Assembly: GCA_043228905.1 (NCBI GenBank)
Contig: JBHGNT010000003.1
Coordinates: 10,850,001 to 10,914,000, forward strand
Source of the DNA: Azolla caroliniana
Taxonomy: Eukaryota; Plantae; Polypodiophyta
Direction of reading: 5' to 3'
Length of the DNA stretch: 64,000 bases
Below, in pieces: positions 25,801 through 37,200 of the stretch (positions are counted from its first letter, which is position 1; the number at the start of each line of letters is the position of its first letter). A program made the translations under genes and the position numbers. The notes beneath the pieces are model-generated. The model saw nothing but the letters and a program-made list of their open reading frames with translations, ran no database searches and was not told the DNA's origin.

Positions 25801-28800
25801 TGGTTGAGGTCCTATTGGTGGTCAGTTGGGTGTTTGGCCTTGGTCCAGTTGGGTACTTGGAATGCCCTTGTCCGGTTATCACTGGCGGTCCTCCTTTCTA
25901 GTGTTCCATTTTCTGTTGAAGAGTTTTTTGTTCCGGTAACCCTGTCGGGGCCGATTTTCATAATTGTCTTGATCCTCCCTCTGTTGGTTGTAACCAGGGG
26001 AGTGATCCCGGTTGTATCGTTCATATCGTTCATCGTTGTAATCCCAGTAGCTATCCTGCCAGTCTCGGTCATGAGCATCCTTTCTATCGTTGTTTCGGAT
26101 ATCTTGCGCTGGCCGGTAACGCTCATCTCGCCGCCAGCGTTCTTCTTCCTCCTCCTGGTTGCTTCGGGGTTCAATTTGCCTTATCGATACCGCTTGCCGG
26201 TTCAGCAAGTTATATTCACATCGGTCCATTGTGTGCGTCTTGGAATGGCATAACATGCACTGTGTCCATATGGTACATTCTATTTCCAAGTGCTCGGCAT
26301 TGAGACAAGGCGTACATTGTATAGCTTGCCGACAACGTAGGTCTTCTTCTGTCGGTAATGTACGTTGGAGTGCCCCCATTGTTAGCCATGACCTTGTTTT
26401 CTCCATCTCCCTGACCCTTTCTATGACTTCGTCGATCGTGCTGGTGCAGAAATCAATCACTACGCACATCGTACACAAGGGTTCCCAGAGTGCTGCTACG
26501 AATATTGCTTTAGCCTCTGCCTCCGATGGTGCCCGATTGAGCTGACTGTGCATTCGCTGGAACCGTATTACAAATTGTTGAATGGTTTCCATAGGTTCCT
26601 GCCGTATGGTGTAGAATAGGCCGACCATCTCCCGTTGATCCACCTCCTTGTTGAAGAACTGTAAAAATCTAGTTTTTAAGTCCTCAAACGTCGTGATGGT
26701 GCTAGGAGTGTGCGTCAAGCGCCATCGCGCAGATGGTCCTTCCAAGGTCATGCCGAACGCTACAATCTTTGAGCGTTCTTCTGCGGCGGTGTTCAAGCGT
26801 TGTGACACATGGTTTGCTTCCCACGTTTGCAGAAATGCATAGACATGAGCTTCTGCGTCCGGATCATCCCAGTACTTCGAATATTGGAACGGCATGTCGT
26901 TGTCCGGTGTCAGAGGTCTCCCCTCCTCTTCTTTCGGTGTCTCACATGGCGGTGTCAGAAGTTGATCCGCCACTTGCCGGTCTATGATTCTAGTTCCGTT
27001 AACTCTGGTTCTGGTGTCGGCAAGGTATCTGATTGCTCGTCCTCCAGTACGTTTGGGGTATCGTGGCTGCTACGGTAATTCGAATGCGCGCTGCATTCGC
27101 CGTCCGAATCCGATTTGAAGGCCGAGAATGGTTCCAAATCGCCTCCCCCTGTTGCTAGTGCCTGCAAAATGGATTCCGCGTCCCGGAGACTGCTCAAGCT
27201 GCTTCCTTCATGCGGTTGGGAATTCTGCTGCCCACATAGTGACTCCGCGGCCACTCGTCGGATTACTTTGGAAAATGACCGATCCGCACGGATCTCTTCT
27301 ACTGCATGTTGGAAAACCTCTCGCTTTCGCAATTTTTCAGCAAGTCTTCTTGCTCGCTCCGTAATCGGGTTGTTTGTTGGTCTAGTCATCCATGCCCGCC
27401 ACTGTTCGTTGCGTTTGTGCAGGAATCGTGGTCACCAAAAACTGTGTTATCGCTAGGGCCGGACAATGGCCTAACACAGGGTGTCCCTTTCAAACACTTC
27501 ACCAAAGGGGTGTTACGGTGAGATAAAGTTAGACCGACTATTAATGGAACCCTAATTGGTTACTAGGCGGCAAGATCATTAGTCACAATACACGTGTAGG
27601 ATAAATTACACTTAGCACAGAATGGTAATTAACAATGATTAAGATACAAAACAACAGCACTCTATTAATTATCCACTAATGATTACAATCTAATCGGGCC
27701 CTTTTATAGGTCTCCGGCTTTAGGTACAAACCGGTGCCAACTGACAACCTGCTAAGAACCGGTCCGGATCCAGATCGGCATACTGATTCCGGGTCCGTCC
27801 GGTGATTTCCCTTGCCGGCTGGTTAACATAAATTGTCTTCAACCCTTAGGCCCTTCACCATGTTGAACCACATCCAAGTATTGGCCTTCTCCTTCCAGTC
27901 GGCTCTATCGTTCTTGACTCTACCGTCATCGCCGCTTGTTCCGACTTTTTCGAATGTGTCATTTCTTCAATCAACTCGACTCCTTTTTCCTTTGTGTCAC
28001 CCCTAGTTTCGGTCATTTCCTTCTATTCACCAGTTGCTTCTCCGCCTTTACCTATCTTGTCATATTCTATTTCGGTTCTCCCACTCAAGTGCGGCATGTC
28101 GAGATGTTGAAGTCCAAGCATCTCTGAAAAATGTTGCAACTTGTCCAATTCAAGTGGCTTGGTGAAGATGTTGACAACCTGCTAATCCGATCGAACATAC
28201 TGGAGTTCGACTTCACCACTCAGGACCCACTCACACACAAAGTGGTAATGCACTTCAATGTGCTTTGTCCAAGCATGGAACATAGGGTTTCTAGCCGATT
28301 GCATGCTACTCATGTTGTCACAGTAGATCGATATCAGAGTCGGTACTTCGATCCGGAGGTCTTGCAGCAGTTGTCGAAGCCAAATGGCTTCATAGGTAGC
28401 ACCGGTGGCATCCCGATACTCAGCCTCAATGCTCAACAAAGACATTGTACATTGCTTTTTGCTGCTCCACGCAACAGCCACGCTACCCAGAGAAAACAAA
28501 AAACCGGATGTTGACCGGCGATCCGACACATCACTGCCCTAGTCAGCATCTATATAACCGATGAGCTTTTCGTTTATACTGTGCCAATATAACAGTCCCC
28601 GATCCTTAGTGCCCCTCACATATCACAATAGTCGATGCGTGAACTAATGGTGCTCTACGGTCGACTCCTACATGAATTGACTGATCACTCCGACCTGTTA
28701 GGTGATGTTAGGTAAATAAGGCTTCCAACGATTTGTCAGAACCATCTCTTTTTGCAAGCCAGTCTGGAGTCGGGACGAAGCTTCTGGGGTGTGGAGACTG

Positions 28801-30203
28801 GTCGGCAATCCGTCATGCTGAAATTGTACAACATATCCAACACATAGTGTCACTCTAAGAGCAATATGCCGTCGGGGGTATGGATCACTTCGATCCCGAG
28901 GAAGTAATGAAGGTCCCCCAAATCCTTCATTTCCGGAAGGATGATTCGGATCGGTATCCGGAAACAACCGGCCGGATCGGGGAGCCGGATTCGAGCGGGA
29001 ACCGGAAGCCTAGTAGTAGCCTAGACTACTAGGTAATCATTGTCTCGTAGTTAGTGGCAGTCGCACGTGTGAGCTTTGAAGTACCTATCTATACTTCTGT
29101 CAATCCTTTATGGACTTGTATAAATAGTGTTGTTTAGCACATTGTATGAACACAGAGTTTTAGAGTTATTTTTTAATATAGTCTATGTTCTGCTCTCTCT
29201 GTCTCCCCCGTATATACTCTCTGTGTTTTAAGCTTTTCCATTAAACCTTCATCTCATTTTCTGTTGCTATCCGGCTGAGCCGGTTCTGTCTAACGCTTCC
29301 GTACATTAACATTCACATGGTATCAGAGCACGAGGGTTGAGAACCTCAGCAGCCAACGCTTGCTTCCGTAGACGACAACAGACAGAGAGAAGATATGGAC
29401 AGATAGAGAGAAGATATGGACAGATGGAATGGGGAGTTTACTTCCAACAGAGAAGCTTGACCGGAGCAACTACGCGTCTTGGTCATATAAAATGCACCAG
29501 TACCTACTGGGGCATGGGTATTGGAGCTTCATGGAAGGAACAAATGAAGTAGCACCAGAGCCGTCACACAAAGACTTCCTGGTATGGGAGCAAGGAGCGA
29601 GCCGAGTATTGTACTGACTCGCGCCCTATGTGCACGATCAGATGCTCGGCTACATCAAGGATGCAAAGAAGTCGAAGGAGGCCTGAGGAAATCTGAGGAA
29701 GATTTTCGCCGCGAGTACCACGGCCCGTAAGTTGCAGCTCCGGCAAGAGTTGAACAACATCCGGCAAAGAGACATGTCGGTTACGAACTACACCACCAAG
29801 ATAAAGGAGATCTGCAACGCACTCGAGTCCATCAACGTGACAGTGGATGAAGACGAGATGGTACAAATCTGCCTCGGTGGTCTAGCGCAAAGGTACGGAC
29901 CAATCCGAATAGTGATCTACACCCGGGAGAAACCACCATCCTTCTTCGACTTGCTATCAATGCTGATGGTCGAAGAAAACCACGCGAGTGCGTCTAGAAC
30001 CACTTAATCGGATGGCCGGATGTTGTACACGGAGACAGATCGGCCCCATGGACATGGTGGACGAGGTGGGTTGGCACGCAATGGAGGCAGCCGGCAAGAG
30101 TAGGACCAGAGGCACAAAGGATGTGCTGACAACAGTTCTGGACCCTCCACAAGCAGGGGGAGTCAAAGCGGCGCCAAGAGCCGGCAAGGAAAGGCCGACA
30201 CGG

Positions 30204-33200
30204 TGTCGTGAAGATTTTCGTCCACAAGCGGAAACAGGGAAACATTGGCTACATCGGCGGGGTGCAGCGTGTGTACGCACCCATGTACATTTAGTGTGAA
30301 TAACGAGGGCGCCTTTATGGTGCCGAAGAGTAATCAAGTCGGGACAGACGGTCCCATGTAAATTGGGGTTTGTCCCACATTGTAACGCATCCCTGTCCTT
30401 GTTCTATAAAAGGAAGGGAACGCCCTTTGTGAAGGGGTTGCCTATTTTGAGTGTGCGAGGTATACCACATAGGTCGAGCGTTAGGGTTAAGTTAGGGTTT
30501 TCTTCTTGGGTTTTCCTTTAGGGTTTTCTTATAGTTGTTTGGTGCGGCCATGGCGGCCACCATTGTAAAGCGTTTATGTTTTCTTAATCGAACTTCTTGT
30601 TGAGTATCTTGACTCCATCTTCTTCATCTTCTTCTATCATAATGTCATATTCCTTCTCTTCTCCTCTTGAGCTATGAGCTAATCTTCCATTCATTGTCTT
30701 AACCTTTCTCCTCTTCTCCCTAGTCCAAGACCCCCGTGGTCCCGCCCCTTCCACAAGCACGCGCGTAACAACGCGACATCTTTGGTGAACCCGACGTGAA
30801 GGGAGGCAAGGGAGCATGGAGATGGAAGAAGACTTCGACTTCGAGGAGATGATGGCAAAAATCGTGATGGAAGCCGGACGGAAGATGGCAAAGCGAGATG
30901 CGGCTCAACAAGCCGTCGAAAGGGTGGTCGATCGAGTCAGCCGGTTCAATGGGAATGAGGTCCCAAAATTTTTGGGAGCCTACAAGGCCGAGATGGCGAA
31001 ATGGGGCGTGGACGAGGAGATGCGGCTAGAGTATTTTCCTCGAGTGGCGGCCGCATCGGTGCACAAGGAGGTCAAGGAGCTACGAGAAGCTCACGAGTCG
31101 TGGGTGTCCTCGGAGGTAGCCCTATTGGAAGCGTACGGATACGCGAAACCGGAGTGGGTATGCCGGCAACCCGATGGGGAGCGGTCGGCAACAACGTGGC
31201 ACGCGAGCGGCAGAGAAGAGAGAGCGGCGAGTGAGTACGCACTACCGCCGGAAGAGAGCTCAACGCAAAACGGTTCGGAGGAGCTCGACCTAGAAGCGCT
31301 AATACGAGAGGCATGCGAGCTTGTGAAGGCGAAAATCGGGGCCGAAGAAGGGCTTGTTATGGAGTCGGGGCGGAGGCGATCAGAGGATGCGGACGAAGAA
31401 GCCTCCCTAGACGTAGAAGACGGGGCCTATACGGAGGCCGAAAGAGCATACGACGGCAACATGGGAGAGGGTGCGGAGCAAGCGACCCTCTTGCCTTGCG
31501 GTGAAGGGACGGCCATGGAGGCCGGTAACTACGAATTCGGGACATGGCAGCCCGAAACATCGAGTGGGGAGGAGACAAGCGGCAGTGCCGGGTCCTTACC
31601 CACACCGGTCCTAGAGGCTCCGGCGGTCGGCCGGAGTGCCGGCGTGAGACCTAGAGCGACGGGCGATGGCGGCGGCAAGGCGGGCAACCAAGACGACGGC
31701 AAGGAGAACGAGGAAGAGATAGCCACGGACCACGGCGTCCGAACGAAGGTGGCTATGAACATGGCATCGGTGAGTAACGGTACCGGGACTTTTCCCACAC
31801 CAATTCTAGAGACTTCAGCGGTTGGCCCCAAGAGCCCACGTGAGACCGGAGAGACGGAAGGTGGCGGCGGCAAAGCGGACGATCGAAATGACGACGAGGA
31901 AGGTCATAGCGGATGGAGGCAAGACCTCTCGACACCGAGACCGGAGACTACGGCGGTTGCGCTCGAATGCCAACATAAGACCGGAGAGAAGGGCGGTGGC
32001 CGTGAGGAGGCATGGCCTGGAGCGAACACGTACGGAGATGAGGATGCGAGGCCCGGAACGGGCATATACGAGAGGACCGATGGAGAGGTCGGGAGCGGCA
32101 AAGAGGAGAGAGTCGGGAACCGACCCGACCGGAAGATGAACCGGTCGATAATCCGACATGACCGGAAGACGACGCGGAAGAAGAGTGAAGCGGGGGCCGG
32201 TCAACCGTGCCCAAACCGAAGGAAGCCGGCAAGACCGGGATTGTTTGATCAATTCGTAGCCGGCCGGGTACGGTTACGGTGGGAGCCGGTGAGAGCAAGA
32301 AGGAGGCTAACCGGGCACGACGAGTACGGGTCGGTGAGAGGCCGAGAGCAAGAGGAACCTTCCACACCCATTCTAGAGACTTCGGCGGTTGCGGATCAAC
32401 GTGAGACCGGAGAGACGGTGGGTGGCGGCGAGGAGTTGGAAGACAAAGCGGAATCGGATACCGGAGCGGATGCCCGGTGTGGGAAGGACGAAGAGACCAA
32501 CGCGGAGGTCGGGTCTACGGCGGAAGCGCGACACGAGAATCATGCAATACGGCCGGTGGAGGGCCAAGACACGAGCATGCATATGGCGGATGGGCGACAA
32601 CGATTGACCGACGATGACGATTGGGTCAAGCCTTCGAGAGGCAAGCGCGGGACGAAGGACGGCGCGGCGAAACACCAAGATCGACGACATGGGCCGAGCG
32701 CGATCGGCATGAGCGGAGAGTCGCATCTAGGAAAACGGAGGAGATGCGCGGAGAACAACGGGGTACACACCGGGAAGAGAAAGTGCGGCGGCTTCCCAGA
32801 GGGCATACAAGGCCAAGCGGACCAAGAGGGTGTACCTCGGGGCGAAGCGGCGACATCGGAGGTTGCGGAGGACACCGAAAACGAGAGCACCGACACGGAT
32901 GTCGGGGAAGCAACGTGCCTTTTCGAAAGGGTACGCAGAGCGGAGCGAAGTGCGAGACGTGCGATGTGGCCGCATAAGGGTCGAATGACAAGCACGAGGA
33001 TGATCAGCGAGCATGGAAGGCTATGTCTTGAGAACCGGAGGAGGTGCGTAGAGAGCAACGGGCTACGGAAGCGCGGCGTCCCGGAAGGCATGCGAGGCCA
33101 AGCGGGCCAAGCGGTAACAAGAGCCACGAAGCAGGACTGGGTGATGGCACGCTCTACCGCAAGGGAGCACGGAGAACAACAGGGAAAGCCTACGGAAGGC

Positions 33201-34265
33201 AAGCGCGGAGCGGAGAGAATCGGCACGCCAAGGTGTGCGGCACGCAAAGGGCGGAATCCGGCATGCGACCGGGAGCGCATCCGGAGGATATACGAGGCGG
33301 ACAAAGGAAGAGCAACCGGGTCGGCGACGGCGTTCAGGAGGACCAAACGGGGAGGAAGGCACGGGCATCGGACACGGCGGGTCGGATGTAGCCGGTTGTT
33401 CAAGGACCCACGATGGACGTGGCGGATCGGGTGGAGGCAACGACTCGGCGAACATCGTCGAGTGTGGCGGATCGGATGGCGGCGACGGTTCGAGACCATT
33501 CGGCGAGGATGGTGGACCGGAAGGCGGCGGTGGTTCATGTGGACGGGTGGTCTTGCTCGAAGTGGAGGACCAAACCGGGCGGGCCCACGAGGACGCTAAG
33601 GACTCGGCCGGTCGTCGTGGCCGAAAATCTCGTGTTCTCTCCCCTATGTTTTGGCACATACCGGTGGATGTGCGGTTAGGTGGGGGCGGATGTCGTGAAG
33701 ATTTTCGTCCACAAGCGGAAACCGGGAAACATTGGCTACATCGGCGGGGTGCAGCGTGTGTACGCACCCATGTACATTTAGTGTGAATAACGAGGGCGCC
33801 TTTATGGAACCTAAGAGTAATCAAGTCGGGACAGACGGTCCCATGTAAATCGGGGTTTGTCCCACATTGTAACGCATCCCTGTCCTTGTTCTATAAAAGG
33901 AAGGGAACGCCCTTTGTGAAGGGGTTGCCTATTTTGAGTGTGCGAGGTATACCACATAGGTCGAGCGTTAGGGTTAAGTTAGGGTTTTCTTCTTGGGTTT
34001 TCCTTTAGGGTTTTCTTATAGTCGTTTGGTGCGGCCATGGCGGCCACCATTGTAAAGCGTTTATGTTTTCTTAATCGAACTTCTTGTTGAGTATCTTGAC
34101 TCCATCTTCTTCATCTTCTTCTATCATAATGTCATATTCCTTCTCTTCTCCTCTTGAGCTATGAGCTAATCTTCCATTCATTGTCTTAACCTTTCTCCTC
34201 TTCTCCCTAGTCCAAGACCCCCGTGGTCCCGCCCCTTCCACACGCACACGCGTAACAACGCGACA
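30204..34265 (+). mobile_element. Young non-autonomous (pol-less) LTR element
   Basis: 575-bp LTRs 30204-30778 and 33691-34265 (about 8 mismatches by eye); 4-bp TSD ACGG; PBS TGGTGAACCCGACGTGAA 30783-30800; G-rich PPT-like AGGTGGGGGCGGA. Confidence 0.93.
30816..33599 (+). CDS. 927-aa protein: gag-like N-terminus, long acidic/disordered repeat region, Arg/Trp-rich tail
   Basis: Uninterrupted ORF filling the internal region. RFNGNEVPKFLGAY...F...W...L..Y pattern resembles retrotransposon capsid. Repeats PTPILETSAV (x4, degenerate) and WRIGWR (x2). No RT or INT motifs. Confidence 0.7.
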   Translation: MEMEEDFDFEEMMAKIVMEAGRKMAKRDAAQQAVERVVDRVSRFNGNEVPKFLGAYKAEMAKWGVDEEMRLEYFPRVAAASVHKEVKELREAHESWVSSEVALLEAYGYAKPEWVCRQPDGERSATTWHASGREERAASEYALPPEESSTQNGSEELDLEALIREACELVKAKIGAEEGLVMESGRRRSEDADEEASLDVEDGAYTEAERAYDGNMGEGAEQATLLPCGEGTAMEAGNYEFGTWQPETSSGEETSGSAGSLPTPVLEAPAVGRSAGVRPRATGDGGGKAGNQDDGKENEEEIATDHGVRTKVAMNMASVSNGTGTFPTPILETSAVGPKSPRETGETEGGGGKADDRNDDEEGHSGWRQDLSTPRPETTAVALECQHKTGEKGGGREEAWPGANTYGDEDARPGTGIYERTDGEVGSGKEERVGNRPDRKMNRSIIRHDRKTTRKKSEAGAGQPCPNRRKPARPGLFDQFVAGRVRLRWEPVRARRRLTGHDEYGSVRGREQEEPSTPILETSAVADQRETGETVGGGEELEDKAESDTGADARCGKDEETNAEVGSTAEARHENHAIRPVEGQDTSMHMADGRQRLTDDDDWVKPSRGKRGTKDGAAKHQDRRHGPSAIGMSGESHLGKRRRCAENNGVHTGKRKCGGFPEGIQGQADQEGVPRGEAATSEVAEDTENESTDTDVGEATCLFERVRRAERSARRAMWPHKGRMTSTRMISEHGRLCLENRRRCVESNGLRKRGVPEGMRGQAGQAVTRATKQDWVMARSTAREHGEQQGKPTEGKRGAERIGTPRCAARKGRNPACDRERIRRIYEADKGRATGSATAFRRTKRGGRHGHRTRRVGCSRLFKDPRWTWRIGWRQRLGEHRRVWRIGWRRRFETIRRGWWTGRRRWFMWTGGLARSGGPNRAGPRGR

Positions 34266-37200
34266 ACGGAATGCTGGTACTGTGGCAAAAAGGGGCCACA
34301 GGGAAAGCGAGTGCTGGAAGAAGTGTGCCGATTCGGACAAATCCAGATCCGGCAAAACCGGCCGGGAGAACCGGCAAAGCTCGCACTACGTAGAAGGATC
34401 GGAAGGATCTGGAACTAGGAAAATCGGTAAAGGGCCAGCCTTCGCGATGAAACACAAGGCTAACTTGATGAAGAAGACTACTTCCAAATCGGAGGAAGTA
34501 TGGTACGTTGATTCCGGAGCGTCCAACCACATGAGGAGCCATGAAGAGTGGTTCTTCTTTTTGGAGAAACCGGAACAACCAGGGATTGTCGAAACCAGAG
34601 ACAACACCCCTCACCCGATTGTGCATGTCAGAGAAGTCCCTTTAAGCCATATCAGACAAAAGGGGAAGCTGATGAACCTATTACACGTTCCGACTATCAC
34701 AAAGAACCTAGTGTCAATTGGACTAATTGTCGACCAGGGGATGCAGGTGCGGTTTACACACCTCGGGTGCTTCATGGAGGAAAAGGGCCGGATAATTGCG
34801 CAAGGGCGCAGAGACGGGAGGATGTTCATCCTCAACACTAATGATGTCGGCACCGCTATGTTTGCAAAAGGGGAAAAGGTCAAATCGGACATCGACCTGT
34901 GGTACAAGCGGATGGACCACGTTAATTATCGAAGGGTTCAAGACTTGCAATCGAAACAAGTCGTTTTCGGTTTGCCAAAATTTAGCGGCCGGAAGGCCGA
35001 AATTTGTGAAGCCTGCCAACTCGGGAAGCAACACCGGCTTCCATTCCCCACCGATCGAAACCGGAGCTATAACAAGTTCGATTTAATCCATTTGGATGTA
35101 TGGGGATCGGCACAAAACGTTAGTCTTGGCGGGAGTCACTATTTCGTCTTCTTCATCAATGACTACAGCCGGTACACGTGGATCTACCTCATCGAGAGGA
35201 AGAGCGATGTCTTTGAGTGTTTCCGGAACCTTCAAAGCTTGGTTGAACTCGAAACGGAGAGGAAGATCAAGTGCCTGCGGTCGGATGGCGGGAAAGAATA
35301 CTTTTCAGGCCAATTCAACAGTTATCTGCAGTAGAATGGAATTCGGAGAGAATTCAGCTGTAGGTACACACCGATGCAAAATGGTGTGGCCGAAAGGAAG
35401 AATCAGTCGATTGTCAACGCGGCAAGGGCAATGCTAGAGGAGAAGAGCACGCCCCATTTCTACTGGGCTTAGGCGGTTCAGATGGTCGTCTACATCCAAA
35501 ACCGGATCAGTGACAAGGTGTCAGCACACGAGCTGTATTTCGGGCGCAAGCCGAATTTGAGACACCTTCAGATATTCGGTAGCATAGCATATGGGCATGT
35601 ACCGGATGAGAAGCGGAGGAAGCTGAATCCGAAGTCGGAGAAGTGCATCCTCGTCGGTTACTCGCATGAGCAAAAGGGGTATAAGTGCTCTAACCCCCGA
35701 ACTAAGCAGGTCCGAGTAAACCGAGATGTCGAGTTTAATGAGACAGCATCATGGTACTCCTTACCGACTCCAACTCCCTAGGAAGACCCAATTCCAGAAG
35801 ATGAGGCTAGTGAGCCTGAGGAGGTTCAGGTAGAAGATGAAGACTTCAGCACTCTAGAAGAGAGTCCGATCTCATTCCGGCTAAGTGGACCGAATGAGCG
35901 GCTGAGTCGGGATGACCAGTCGGATGAGGAACCGGCGAGTAGTGGAGCATGTGAGGTCGCTCCTATGACATACATATCCAACATCCCTCCCTCATTACAT
36001 GGATACAATGCCACCATGAGATCATTCTTACGAAAGGCATTCGTAATGACGTAACCATGTGATGGGCCTCGTGGGCCTACTACAAAAAGAGGGCTCATTT
36101 GGCTTGACCATTAGGTTGCATTTTGGCGTATGCCATCATAATTATGAGACTTGAGGTTAGGTAATTTACCAACATAGTTTGTGTAAAAGACAGGGAAATA
36201 AGGACTCTTGACATATATGTTTCTTTTAAAAAAAACATATATGGGCAAATGCCTCGCATATCTATTATATGCATAAAATGTTAAACATTCAACACGAGCA
36301 ACCTATTTGGTTAGCTCAAGTGTTGAATGCAATTGTTCCATAGGTCTCGAGTTCAAATATGACCAAGACCATACACCATTGTTGATGCATATGACTATAA
36401 TACATGTTTAGACATTAGGCCTAAGTGCACTTCGAGGTCCTCGTAATAGGACTTAAAGAGCCGAAACCATATACGTGGGCACAGAAACATAGTTTATTAT
36501 TAACATTTTTTTCGTGTATAAACTATTCATAACGCAAACATACATGTTTGAGCCTCGTGGAGCCCCCGTGGAGCCGCCATGAAAAAATCGATATAGAGAT
36601 CAGGGAAAGACATTCATTTGTCACCCCCATGGTTTTTAAAACACCTTTGTGTTACCATAGTAACCTGATCTTGAAACTCATCTCATACGTCTAGAGGGGT
36701 ATTAACGTGAGATCATGATATTGATTAATGTTTGCCCATGATATGTTTACATCACGACATGATGTTATGACTATTTGTCTGACCTTATCCTATTTCTTTG
36801 CCAGAAATAATCATTCAATGGCTCAGAATAACGACCCGATGTCATGCGCTCAAGCGGAAGGAACTCAAGGAAATCTTCCTAGACCAATGTCCATTGAGTT
36901 GTATATTTTACAAATACAACCTTTCCTTAGTTCAACCGCGCATCAAATGTCCGAACTTTGGCAATCTCAAAGTGCTCTCAAGGCACGTGTCATTAGTTTA
37001 CAACATGACACTAATAGACCCGATGAGCGTTAGGGTGAACCATCATTTGTCGTAAAGCCATTTACAGGAGAAAAAAAGGAAAGAACCGAAGAAGCAATCT
37101 ACACATGGTTGGGCCGATGGGAGTCCTATTTTGAGCTCTATCCCATGCCAGATAGTACAAAGATTGCATATGTCAATCGAGAACTAGGGGGTAAGGCCGC

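Larger units (their letters stand above)
9631..27828 (-). mobile_element. Ty3/Gypsy non-chromovirus (Athila/Tat-like) element, outer copy
   Basis: TSD TAAAT (9626-9630, 27829-27833); LTRs 27445-27828 (5') and 9631-10069 (3'); PBS TGGTGACCACGAT on the minus strand, 7 nt from the LTR; degenerate gag-PR-RT-RH-INT about 27389->11000; internally deleted extra ORF 10836->10123. Confidence 0.92.
7766..28930 (-). mobile_element. 3' half of a Copia element (RT-RNaseH, 3'UTR, 3' LTR), interrupted by nested insertions
   Basis: Minus-strand MKDLGDLHYFLGIEV..., SDRRSTSGFLFSLG..., TKHIEVHYHF at about 28070-28930. The 3'UTR is split by Gypsy TSD TAAAT. PPT TTGAGGGGGAG abuts TGTTGAG at 9255. LTR 9255->7766 resembles LTR 28931-29317. 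Confidence 0.8.
28931..35949 (+). mobile_element. 5' half of a Copia element (truncated 5' LTR, gag, PR, INT)
   Basis: LTR ends ...ATTCACA 29317; PBS TGGTATCAGAGC 29318-29329; gag TEKLDRSNYASW; knuckle ECWYCGKKGHRESEC rebuilt across the insertion; WYVDSGAS; LRSDGGKEY. Ends after INT, with no RT or 3' LTR. Confidence 0.85.

Noticed and set aside
32540-33824. Long antisense ORFs (332 aa, 253 aa) in the pol-less element
   Set aside because: Expected shadow ORFs of GC-rich sequence; no recognisable domain.
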